Positions 49,394 to 58,070 of a DNA stretch of 64,000 nucleotides are shown in pieces. Position 1 is the first letter of the stretch; each line of letters starts with the position of its first letter. The DNA is taken from the IMG/VR virus record IMGVR_UViG_3300030099_006533. The stretch is one strand, 5' to 3'. Both the position numbers and the translations under genes were made by a program. The stretch is from a virus. The notes beneath the pieces are model-generated. The model searched no databases and was not told where the DNA came from. It worked only from the letters and a program-made list of their open reading frames with translations.

Positions 49394-51909
49394 TGTCTAT
49401 TAGTAAAAAGGCTACATACATCGCACCCGGCCAAGTGGACGGTTCTAGTGATCCTCTACGCGCCCAACTAAAAGCACACTGGGTTACCATTAGTCCAAAT
49501 CCCAATTCATCTAAAAGTCACCTAATGTATTTGGCGAAAGATAAAAAAATGGGTCAAAGCGCAGTCATTAATGGTCGTTCATACTCTGAAGAGGTGGACA
49601 ATGACAATACAGCTTTACCATCTAAAAAAGTTACAATGAGGATTTACGGAGACTCAACAAAATTCGTAAATCAAAGTCATTGGAATGCATTTGTGCTAGG
49701 AGGCTCTTATAACGGACAGACGTTTACACCTGCAATAAACACAGGTCAGATGTTTAGGGACCATACTTTTACAGTCGACCAGCCCTTTTCAAACAAAGAG
49801 TCAAAAGAAATAGGAGGAGTCAAGGTAAAAACTAGCAATGTTAATCTTGAATACAATTATTATCAAGAATCATATGAAACAATGATGGGCAGGTTATCTG
49901 ATGAAAAATTGATTCCTAACCTGTATGCATTGTACTCTTTAAAAGAAGGGAATGTTGACGGTGCGACAGCTGGCAGAAATGCAATTTTTAAAACGCATGT
50001 GTCTCTTGCCGGCCGCTTGACAGTTAATCAAATTAATAAGTTTACAGATAAAGGTTCTGAAAACCCTCTTGCCTCAAACAGTACACAATACTTGGAATCG
50101 TTCGCCAGAGCAATCAACCGGCGCACCTTTAACGAAAACTCAGACCCGTACCGGCAAGTTACAACAGCATATCACAACATTATGATGTCACCTAGTTCGA
50201 TTTCTATGTTAAAGTACAATAATAAAAAACAAATGTTTCCGATGTATTCTGAGATTACATTTGCAACAGATAAGACCACGCAATTCACTCAGATTCTAAA
50301 AGATGCTAATATGGGCGCCCTCTTTATGAAAGATGTGTATGGTGCGTCTGTTGGAGGAATCCGCTGGCCAGCAAGTCGCAACCCTCATTTGGTAGCAACA
50401 ATTTTGCCATATGAAAAGCAAAACGGCTTAGGCAAAAAGAATGTTGAAACTGTATCTAGTATGAGACAAACATCGGTTCGCATGTGGAACGTTCAAGACT
50501 GGCTCCAGCATTTTAATCAAGCCTCGCCTGCAGTTATGGAAACTGGCATTTTTATTGGCCAAGACAACAAAGAAATTCAAATGGCTTACAAGAGCGATTT
50601 TGGATTTTATAAGAAAATGATGAGTATGATCTTTTCTGGCAAATTAAGAACTTTAGTAAAAAGTCAACAGAGAAGGTTTGAAGATATCCTAGACGGAGAT
50701 AGTTGTTATTCAGAAGAGGTTATGTACAAAGTAGAAAAGTTTTTGGGTGAATCTACTACACCAATTCAAACTTTCTGGCTAGCAAACACAAACGAGGTGG
50801 ATGTTATAAACTTTATTGATACGCAAGTTAAATTTGGCCAAAGATACCGGTATGAAGCAACGGTGTATAGCTTGGTAATTGGCTCAACATATGTTTACAG
50901 CAACTTGTCGACAAGCCGTAGAGTCACTAGGAAGTGCGTTGAATTGGTAGACTCGATATCAGGAGAGCCAACTACACCACGCGTCCCTGGCCATGTAATC
51001 GTAAATAATGTAAGCGGCCTCCGAACTGCTATCGAGGTGCCGTCAGATAAAAGATTTATGGCCGAAGTAGACGTTACAGTGTTCCCCAATGTGTTTATTG
51101 CAGAGACTCCGTTTTTTACGCACTCGGGAAGACTGATTGACGATCCTCCGTTAGCCCCAGAAATTGACATTGTTCCTTTCCGAACCGACAGCAGGTTCCT
51201 AAAATTTATTATGCAAAGCTCAACAGGCCATCTTGTAATGGATCCAATCGAGATCAATGATGAGGACAGACAAATGGTCAGGATGATCAGAATAGCAAAG
51301 AATCTTAACAATACAGACCCGATCATGTATTCGGCAGATGATCATCCGATAGCATTTCAAATTTACCGTACAGAATCGCCACCAAAAACGTATGCAGACT
51401 TCCAAGGAAATATTAGGAAAACTGTACCCACTGATATTTCTCTTGATACACCACAAAAAGCTACTGCGACTGCCTACATCGATCAAATTAAATCAAATCA
51501 GAAATATTACTACATGTTTAGGGCAATCGACATTCACAATAAGATTGGCGCCCCCACAGCAGTATACGAGGTGGAGATGGTTAGTGACAAGGGGGCCTTT
51601 TATCCAGTAATTAGAATATACGATATGGACACTAGACATGACGTTGTTAAGACTAAAACTGGTAGAAGATTCATTCAAGTTATCCCAAATGTTGAACAAA
51701 CACTAATTAATGAGAGTAAATCCGAGTTTGATAGCTTTGGTTCTGCAAAAGATGTCAAAGGCAACCTAACGTATGGCTATTCGCAAGAGTCGATTTGGAA
51801 CAAGAAATTTAAGCTCCGACTGACTTCTAAGAAAACTGGGAAAAAAATTGACATCAATTTAAGATTTAAAACTAAGAGAGTAAAGACAGATTTAGAAGAA
51901 AGTTCGTAA
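49393..51909 (+). CDS. Virion structural protein with FN3-like domains (838 aa)
   Basis: IDTQVKFGQRYRYEA and YID.IKSNQKYYYMFRAID are FN3-type strands; TAATG coupling. Confidence 0.7.
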   Translation: MSISKKATYIAPGQVDGSSDPLRAQLKAHWVTISPNPNSSKSHLMYLAKDKKMGQSAVINGRSYSEEVDNDNTALPSKKVTMRIYGDSTKFVNQSHWNAFVLGGSYNGQTFTPAINTGQMFRDHTFTVDQPFSNKESKEIGGVKVKTSNVNLEYNYYQESYETMMGRLSDEKLIPNLYALYSLKEGNVDGATAGRNAIFKTHVSLAGRLTVNQINKFTDKGSENPLASNSTQYLESFARAINRRTFNENSDPYRQVTTAYHNIMMSPSSISMLKYNNKKQMFPMYSEITFATDKTTQFTQILKDANMGALFMKDVYGASVGGIRWPASRNPHLVATILPYEKQNGLGKKNVETVSSMRQTSVRMWNVQDWLQHFNQASPAVMETGIFIGQDNKEIQMAYKSDFGFYKKMMSMIFSGKLRTLVKSQQRRFEDILDGDSCYSEEVMYKVEKFLGESTTPIQTFWLANTNEVDVINFIDTQVKFGQRYRYEATVYSLVIGSTYVYSNLSTSRRVTRKCVELVDSISGEPTTPRVPGHVIVNNVSGLRTAIEVPSDKRFMAEVDVTVFPNVFIAETPFFTHSGRLIDDPPLAPEIDIVPFRTDSRFLKFIMQSSTGHLVMDPIEINDEDRQMVRMIRIAKNLNNTDPIMYSADDHPIAFQIYRTESPPKTYADFQGNIRKTVPTDISLDTPQKATATAYIDQIKSNQKYYYMFRAIDIHNKIGAPTAVYEVEMVSDKGAFYPVIRIYDMDTRHDVVKTKTGRRFIQVIPNVEQTLINESKSEFDSFGSAKDVKGNLTYGYSQESIWNKKFKLRLTSKKTGKKIDINLRFKTKRVKTDLEESS

Positions 51910-51917
51910 GTTGCGTA

Positions 51918-51942
51918 CTATTTACAATTGTCACTATTTATA
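51918..51942 (+). promoter_or_regulatory. Tandem putative late-promoter motifs CTATTTAC / CTATTTATA
   Basis: Two copies (51918, 51934) in the gap before ATG 51962. Confidence 0.5.
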
Positions 51943-51961
51943 AAAGGAAGAGGATTGACAC

Positions 51962-52876
51962 ATGGCATTTTTAGATAACTCTGGAGATATTATTCTTGAT
52001 GCCGTATTGACTGATACGGGCCGTTTCCGTCTCGCTAAGGGCGACGGAAGCTTCAAGATTACAAAATTCGCTTTAGGAGATGATGAGATTGATTACGCAT
52101 TGTATGATAAGAATCATGCTTCTGGCAGCGCATACTATGACTTAGAGGTGCTACAGACTCCTGTACTTGAGGCCTTTACTAACAACACCTCGATGCTCAA
52201 GTCCCGCCTAATTTCAATCCCGCGAACAAACCTTCTATACCTCCCAGTTATTAAACTAAATGAAATCTACGCCCCAAGTAATGCTAGGCACACTTCAGGG
52301 GCTTTTCTAGTCGCAGTCAATAAAGACACAGAGGAAGCGGTCGGCACCGACGCTTCCGGTAACGCAGTAAACGGAATTGTTTATGGAGAAAACGTGGGCG
52401 CTGGAACAACAATTCGTTGTGACCAGGGACTAGACACAACAGAGATCTCACCAGCGTTTACAATTGACGCTGATTTGGTCGAAACACAGTATATTGTAGA
52501 GATTGATAACAGATTTGGCTCTCTTGTCAATCCAAGCAATGGAAGCATCGCATCTCCCTCCTTCATTGATGACGACAACATTGCAACGTATTTCTTTTCA
52601 CTCGGTACTGATATTGGTATTGTATCCGAGAATACAGAGAGAGACGTTGCAGCTAGCACACAAACAGTGCAAGGCCCTCGCGGCACCTTCATTGAATTGC
52701 AGGTCCAATCTTCATTGGACTTAAATACTGGCACATTCTTGTTTACCGAGCTTGGCTCCACGACAACAGTGAATGGTTCAGTAAGCTGCTTTTTCATTGA
52801 TACAACCCTGAGAATTACAGGCGCTACAACAGGATATCGAATTGACGTACCAGTTAGATTCGTAAGAAAGCAATAA
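51962..52876 (+). CDS. Baseplate/tail-collar protein (N-terminal gpH-like motif)
   Basis: DAVLTDTGRFRLAKG...KITKFALGDDE resembles the start of tail-collar fibre (DUF3751) domains. Confidence 0.7.
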   Translation: MAFLDNSGDIILDAVLTDTGRFRLAKGDGSFKITKFALGDDEIDYALYDKNHASGSAYYDLEVLQTPVLEAFTNNTSMLKSRLISIPRTNLLYLPVIKLNEIYAPSNARHTSGAFLVAVNKDTEEAVGTDASGNAVNGIVYGENVGAGTTIRCDQGLDTTEISPAFTIDADLVETQYIVEIDNRFGSLVNPSNGSIASPSFIDDDNIATYFFSLGTDIGIVSENTERDVAASTQTVQGPRGTFIELQVQSSLDLNTGTFLFTELGSTTTVNGSVSCFFIDTTLRITGATTGYRIDVPVRFVRKQ

Positions 52877-52888
52877 TAGGATTTAAAT

Positions 52889-54043
52889 ATGGCTACTACA
52901 TTCAAATCATTTTCTAATAACGACGTAATTTCAACAAAGACATTACTACATGAAGCGATTCCGGTTACGGGCTCAATCGTGTCAGGCACTTATGCCGATT
53001 TAAATATTAAAAACTTTGCACATGGGCAGTTCCAATCAGTTTATGATTACCCTTACCTAAGTTCTTCTGCTAACCATGTTTTCGATATTACCACAGGATA
53101 CTCAGCACATTCTGCTCTTTCTGGTGCTTCCAATACGGTCGCACAGAGAAAGAAGATCAACATCTATAACCAAATGGCACAAGTCCTTATGGGGTTCGAT
53201 CACACAGGCTCAGTACAGATGTTTGACGAAGATGGTGACTTGCTAGCCGGCGGCACTAAGATTGACAGTGCTTACTTCCTTAACTTCTCACGACTGCTCG
53301 TTAAAGACGAGATCAAGAAAGGCTCCTTCTCGCTAACTCTAGGCGTTGGCGCAGATGCCCCTCATAAGACTTCTGCAAACACATTCGAGAAGAGAATTAA
53401 GCTTGCAGACACAAACGCCCAGAACGACTTCAGGGTTAACTCACCTGCAGGAGAGTATGGTATCCTCTACGCAACAGTAGACGAAGGCTCCAGTGTCCTT
53501 ACACAGCCTAATGGAACACAAAAGGCCGGCCTGATTTTTTATCAGGCAGGTATCGTTGTTGTCACATCTTCAGTTCTTCTACGCGTTGAGTCGGGTGCAG
53601 ATCAGAATGTAAGAGGAAGTGGCCTCTTACACACCTCACTCGGAGCCCCGCTCACCGCGTCAATCTTTGGCCATAAGGGCTATAACTCCTCAACATCTGA
53701 AACTGCACACCAGATCATGACAGGCTCAAACATTAGTGCTTCCTGTGATGGTTTCCGCGCTAGAATTCATAATGTCTCCTTCAATAACACAACAGAGCTA
53801 AACTCAACAGTATACTTCTGCAGAGCAAATCACAATGAGTTCAACTACAGCGCAAACCCGACATACCTTAGTGCATCAAAGCTGCGAGTTAAGCAGCAGA
53901 GCACAGATACTCCGGTTTCATTTGTCACGACAGTAGGGTTATACTCTGCAGACAACGAATTGATGGCTGTTGCTAAATTGTCCGAGCCCCTTCGCAAGGA
54001 TCCGACAAACGAGATGACGCTGAGAGTTCGTCTGGATTACTAA
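52889..54043 (+). CDS. Baseplate/tail-collar protein (C-terminal gpH-like motif), paralogue 1
   Basis: KKGSFSL; ends YSANPTY...VTTVGLYSADNELMAVAKLSEPLRKD. Confidence 0.7.
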   Translation: MATTFKSFSNNDVISTKTLLHEAIPVTGSIVSGTYADLNIKNFAHGQFQSVYDYPYLSSSANHVFDITTGYSAHSALSGASNTVAQRKKINIYNQMAQVLMGFDHTGSVQMFDEDGDLLAGGTKIDSAYFLNFSRLLVKDEIKKGSFSLTLGVGADAPHKTSANTFEKRIKLADTNAQNDFRVNSPAGEYGILYATVDEGSSVLTQPNGTQKAGLIFYQAGIVVVTSSVLLRVESGADQNVRGSGLLHTSLGAPLTASIFGHKGYNSSTSETAHQIMTGSNISASCDGFRARIHNVSFNNTTELNSTVYFCRANHNEFNYSANPTYLSASKLRVKQQSTDTPVSFVTTVGLYSADNELMAVAKLSEPLRKDPTNEMTLRVRLDY

Positions 54044-54044
54044 A

Positions 54045-54722
54045 ATGTCAGGCGATGTTAAAGCATCCCGCCGACTTAAATCAAAGTACAAGAGACTTTT
54101 GACAGAACTAGAGTATCTGTACACTAAGCTGGACTACGTTACAGAAGAACACGAGCTTAGAAAACAAGAGTTTCAAGAAGATTTTCTTGAGTTTTGCGAA
54201 GAGTATGATTATGATTGTAATACGCAAAAGACACAAGAAACATATCAAGAAAAGCAAGTAGATCCGTATATTGTCGATTTGACTGAGCAAGAGATCTCTG
54301 AGATTGAAGAAGACCTTGAAAACGATGATCTAGATGACAGCGCCCGCGACTTGAAAAACCTATATAGAAAAATTGCTGTACAAACACACCCCGATAAGCT
54401 ATTAGCTGAAAAGCAAGAGAGCGTTAAAGAAAAGAAAAAAAGACTATTTTTAGAGGCAAAGCAGGCCTTAGAAGACAGTAACTTCTTTAAGATGGCTCAA
54501 ATTGCAAAAGAGCTAGACGTGGAATTGCCAGAACCAACGAACCAGCAGCTTGTCTGGATGCGCAGCGAAAAAAAGAAAATTGAAAAAACAATTGATGGAG
54601 TCAAGCAGACTTTTGAATGGGTGTACGGCAACGAAGGCCCGACCGTATCAAAAGTAAACCTGTTCAGCAGGTACGCTGAAATTATTGGTTGTGTAAAATT
54701 ACAAAAAGAAATCCGCATCTAA
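54045..54722 (+). CDS. J-domain (DnaJ/HscB-like) co-chaperone
   Basis: LKNLYRKIAVQTHPDKL (HPD at 54387-54395); N-terminal coiled coil. Confidence 0.85.
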   Translation: MSGDVKASRRLKSKYKRLLTELEYLYTKLDYVTEEHELRKQEFQEDFLEFCEEYDYDCNTQKTQETYQEKQVDPYIVDLTEQEISEIEEDLENDDLDDSARDLKNLYRKIAVQTHPDKLLAEKQESVKEKKKRLFLEAKQALEDSNFFKMAQIAKELDVELPEPTNQQLVWMRSEKKKIEKTIDGVKQTFEWVYGNEGPTVSKVNLFSRYAEIIGCVKLQKEIRI

Positions 54723-54737
54723 GCTAATTAATAGAGC

Positions 54738-55988
54738 ATGTACATCTATAAGTTTAATTCCGAAGACATCATTTACAACAGGATCAAAACGTATCCAAGA
54801 TTCCGCTTTTTTGTTTATGATGAAAAGATCTATATCAATGACGAATCTAACATGAGTGGTTCGTTTGCTTCATCCGTTCTTAATACCTCAACTGGTCAAG
54901 TGAGCCTACATGAGATGAATGTCGATAGAGCAGAAGCTAACACAGGCCGTACGATTGGCTTTGATAGTGTTAATGACAACGGTCTTATTTATCCATTCGT
55001 GACCAAAGATGGCACCCTATCTTCGTTTAAGACCGTAACTGCTGGCTCGTTTGCTGCTTTTGGGTATGGTACGGTCATGTCATCAAGTTATCCGATGACC
55101 GCATCGTTAAGCAGGGGCTTTTATCAACAAGGCACTGCACGTCGACAAATAACGGCACTAAAGAATACGATGAATTATTATACGCCTCTTAGTGATCACT
55201 ATGCATACTCGTCCTCACTAGGAGATAAGAGCAACCAAGACTTAAACCTGATCAGCATACCCTCAATCTTGTATGGCTCTTCAATCAAAAAAGGTAGCGT
55301 ATCGCTCAAGTACTATGTCTCGGGAACATTGGTGGCAGAACTAGCAGACAAAGAGCGCAATGGTGAGCTAATACAGATCTCAGGATCTGCATACGCGCAA
55401 AGTCAGGGCGCTAACAAGGTTGCGGGAGTCGTTCTGTATAACGAAGGGTTTATCATCTTAACAGGAAGCTGGAACCTAGAAAACACCACAGCAGTGTATG
55501 GCGGCGGTGCTACAGGCCGTGATTATATTAATGATCCATCAGATCTTAGAACCTCTGCGTGGAAATATTGGGGCACCACCATGCCCGGCGATGGATACAC
55601 CACAACCAGTGGATCTACAGAATATATTAGTTATGGTATTGACTATAAAGGTACAAACTATGTGCCGGTAATGACCATGCTGGCTCACGCGCCAAAAGGG
55701 CACCTAAACTATTCAAACAATCCTACGTTTGTAAAACACGGCCAGCAGAGAAAGTTAACGCCGGTTACCGGATCCAGAATCTACAAAGAATCAGACACAA
55801 TCGAAGCAAAGAACACGATGTCGTCCAGCTACCCAGACCCCGTAGCTTCATATAGAAAACAGACATTCATTACTAAAATTGGCCTCTATGATGACGAAGG
55901 AAACTTAATTGCAATTGCTAATTTGGCAAATCCTGTGAAAAAACTTGAAGATCTAGATTATACTTTTAAACTAAAGCTAGATTTTTAG
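54738..55988 (+). CDS. Baseplate/tail-collar protein (C-terminal gpH-like motif), paralogue 2
   Basis: IKKGSVSL; ends YSNNPTF...ITKIGLYDDEGNLIAIANLANPVKK. Confidence 0.7.
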   Translation: MYIYKFNSEDIIYNRIKTYPRFRFFVYDEKIYINDESNMSGSFASSVLNTSTGQVSLHEMNVDRAEANTGRTIGFDSVNDNGLIYPFVTKDGTLSSFKTVTAGSFAAFGYGTVMSSSYPMTASLSRGFYQQGTARRQITALKNTMNYYTPLSDHYAYSSSLGDKSNQDLNLISIPSILYGSSIKKGSVSLKYYVSGTLVAELADKERNGELIQISGSAYAQSQGANKVAGVVLYNEGFIILTGSWNLENTTAVYGGGATGRDYINDPSDLRTSAWKYWGTTMPGDGYTTTSGSTEYISYGIDYKGTNYVPVMTMLAHAPKGHLNYSNNPTFVKHGQQRKLTPVTGSRIYKESDTIEAKNTMSSSYPDPVASYRKQTFITKIGLYDDEGNLIAIANLANPVKKLEDLDYTFKLKLDF

Positions 55989-55997
55989 GAGAGGCGC

Positions 55998-56414
55998 ATG
56001 TCTAAAATTAGAGAAGAAAAGCACGCAAAAGCTGCTTGGATTACAAGATGGAGAAAAGAGGATAAACCCTGGGGCTCAGAAATGATCTGGGCTAGTTTTA
56101 CTGCTGGCCACGGAAAATTACTAACTTTACAAGAAGGAAAAAGAACAAGCCTTAAATACAATCCACAAAAAAGTGAATCACTAATCGTTCTTACGGGCAA
56201 AGTTCACGCTAAGTATGGTGATGAGTATACGCTTGATGACCCTGTGGGGCACCCTTGGCATGAGGCTATGCTTGAGCCCGGGATGACTCTTAACGTACAG
56301 TCTGGCTGCCCCTATCGTCTAACGGCAGTAGAGGAGTCGACTATTGTAGAGATAGGAAACCACTTGGCAGACAAGCCTGTTAGAATCGAAGACGACTATG
56401 GACGGTCTGAATGA
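55998..56414 (+). CDS. Cupin-fold protein with degenerate metal site
   Basis: DKPWG, LLTLQEG.RTSL.Y, E...V..G, VEIG, VRIEDDYGR. Confidence 0.75.
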   Translation: MSKIREEKHAKAAWITRWRKEDKPWGSEMIWASFTAGHGKLLTLQEGKRTSLKYNPQKSESLIVLTGKVHAKYGDEYTLDDPVGHPWHEAMLEPGMTLNVQSGCPYRLTAVEESTIVEIGNHLADKPVRIEDDYGRSE

Positions 56415-56965
56415 TACTTGGTCTAGACGTATCGACTAGTATCACGGGGGTGACAGTGGTCGACAACTCAGGCAGTATATTATACAATGATGCTTGGGAT
56501 ACACGCAAATTTAAAAATATTTTTGAGAAAGCAACTTATGTTAAAGAACAAATACACGACCTATATGACAAATATGGTCTTAATCGTTATAGCCATACTG
56601 GCAACGCTATTGAACATATATTCATCGAGCAGAGCTTACAGTCTTTTAGAAGCGGATTCTCCTCCGCAAAAACTCTTTCAACTCTCTCACGGTTCAATGG
56701 AATTGTGTCATGGATGTGTTTCGACATCTTCTCCATCGAGCCAGAATATGTGGCCGCTACAAGCGCCCGTAAATTAGCCGGCATCAAAGTCTCCCGCGGC
56801 CAAAAAGCTAAAGAGGTTGTACTTAAGCACGTTGAAGAGCAAAACTGGCTCAGCGTAGAATATACTAAACATGGCAATCCAAAGCCACAATTTTATGATC
56901 GTGCAGATTCTATAATAATTGCAAAAGCGGGATACTACTTAGTGCAGGAGAGCGTAAAAAAATGA
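56411..56965 (+). CDS. ruvC: RuvC-like Holliday junction resolvase
   Basis: ILGLDVSTSITG, IFIEQ, ARK..G, DRADS. Confidence 0.85.
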   Translation: MILGLDVSTSITGVTVVDNSGSILYNDAWDTRKFKNIFEKATYVKEQIHDLYDKYGLNRYSHTGNAIEHIFIEQSLQSFRSGFSSAKTLSTLSRFNGIVSWMCFDIFSIEPEYVAATSARKLAGIKVSRGQKAKEVVLKHVEEQNWLSVEYTKHGNPKPQFYDRADSIIIAKAGYYLVQESVKK

Positions 56966-57843
56966 ATAAGCAAATGATGACAGAATGGCGTACTTTTCTT
57001 AATGAAGAAAATCGCCCAGCAGAAGAGATCTCAGATGAGGTGCTTGCATTGATTTTCTCAAAAGAAATCGATGCTATTTTAAAAGATAGTAATTTGCATG
57101 AAGGCATTGCTGACCGAGCAAAGGCCTTGGCCAAAAAGTATGGTCTTCCACTCGCAGTCGCCACAGGGTTACTCGCTGGAACTGTCGGCGGTAAAAAGTT
57201 TGCCGATTATCAAAATATGAAAGGTGCTGAAGCCTCAGCAGCCATGACAGCGGCCCAGCCAGGAACCTATGCGTTTCACAGAGCAGCGCGCCCGCCTGGA
57301 TATACCGAGCTAAGCAATCGTGCCTCTATTGAAAAAGCTTGGAATGATATTGCAAATTTGCAACGCTTTCGAGCCCCAGTTTCAGGAAATATCCCCACTT
57401 TAGTTGATGGCGAAATTAAGACTCTAACATTCTCTTATATCCCCACACAAGAAATGTTGCCAGATACAGTTTTACCGATGTCTTTGATGACAGCAGAGCG
57501 ATACCGCGAGATGCTTGAAACGCGACTGCAGCGCCGACCTCAAGAACTTATTTACCTTAAAAATATGATTTTTGGCGATACAGGCAAATGGGCTAGTGGT
57601 ACCGGAGAAAAGCACTTTAGAATTGAAGGAGGCCACGCGCTTCTGCCACCAGAGTGGTCAATCGCTCACGAGGTTTATGCCAATGCCGTTGAGAGTAGGT
57701 TGAAAGAACTGCTAAACTATATTGAAACTGCCGATGCTGAAGCTAGCCTAGAGGTGTTTCAACAGCTTGGCGCCCAGAACGAAGAACAATTTCGTGAGTT
57801 TATTAACGATCAAATGTATAAAATTGGTCGACCACAACAGTAA
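56962..57843 (+). CDS. Hypothetical protein, candidate internal head protein
   Basis: N-terminus M..MMTEWRTFLNE; hydrophobic helix YGLPLAVATGLLAGTVGG. Confidence 0.7.
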   Translation: MNKQMMTEWRTFLNEENRPAEEISDEVLALIFSKEIDAILKDSNLHEGIADRAKALAKKYGLPLAVATGLLAGTVGGKKFADYQNMKGAEASAAMTAAQPGTYAFHRAARPPGYTELSNRASIEKAWNDIANLQRFRAPVSGNIPTLVDGEIKTLTFSYIPTQEMLPDTVLPMSLMTAERYREMLETRLQRRPQELIYLKNMIFGDTGKWASGTGEKHFRIEGGHALLPPEWSIAHEVYANAVESRLKELLNYIETADAEASLEVFQQLGAQNEEQFREFINDQMYKIGRPQQ

Positions 57844-57852
57844 AAAAAATAC

Positions 57853-57881
57853 TTGACACCTGCTGCCCTAGGTGATATATT
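57853..57881 (+). promoter_or_regulatory. Strong sigma70 promoter with extended -10
   Basis: A-tract (UP-like), TTGACA 57853-57858, 17 nt, TGn-TATATT 57876-57881. Confidence 0.8.
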
Positions 57882-57899
57882 GGTTATACAGGAGAGTTT

Positions 57900-58070
57900 A
57901 TGGATTCACTCAAATACATCGCAGCAGGCTTTTTTCTGGGCTTAGGCTTGACTTATTTTATGCAAGGCTTTTATGAGCCTCCCCCGCAAGTCAACTATAT
58001 TGATCAAGAGATGCATGATGATCAAGAGATTGATAAGGTAATTCTAGTAGAGATTCCCCAAGAGCAGTAA
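57900..58070 (+). CDS. Small single-pass membrane protein (56 aa; absent from the ORF track)
   Basis: GGAGAG RBS, MDSLKYIAAGFFLGLGLTYFMQGFYEPPPQ...QEQ*, TAATG coupling to primase. Confidence 0.75.
   Translation: MDSLKYIAAGFFLGLGLTYFMQGFYEPPPQVNYIDQEMHDDQEIDKVILVEIPQEQ

Noticed and set aside
52381-52989. 202-aa minus-strand ORF, plus other minus-strand or nested ORFs (e.g. 50895..51326, 61776..62186, 58567..58941)
   Set aside because: They lie antisense to or inside motif-bearing + strand genes and show no RBS or motifs; treated as shadow ORFs.
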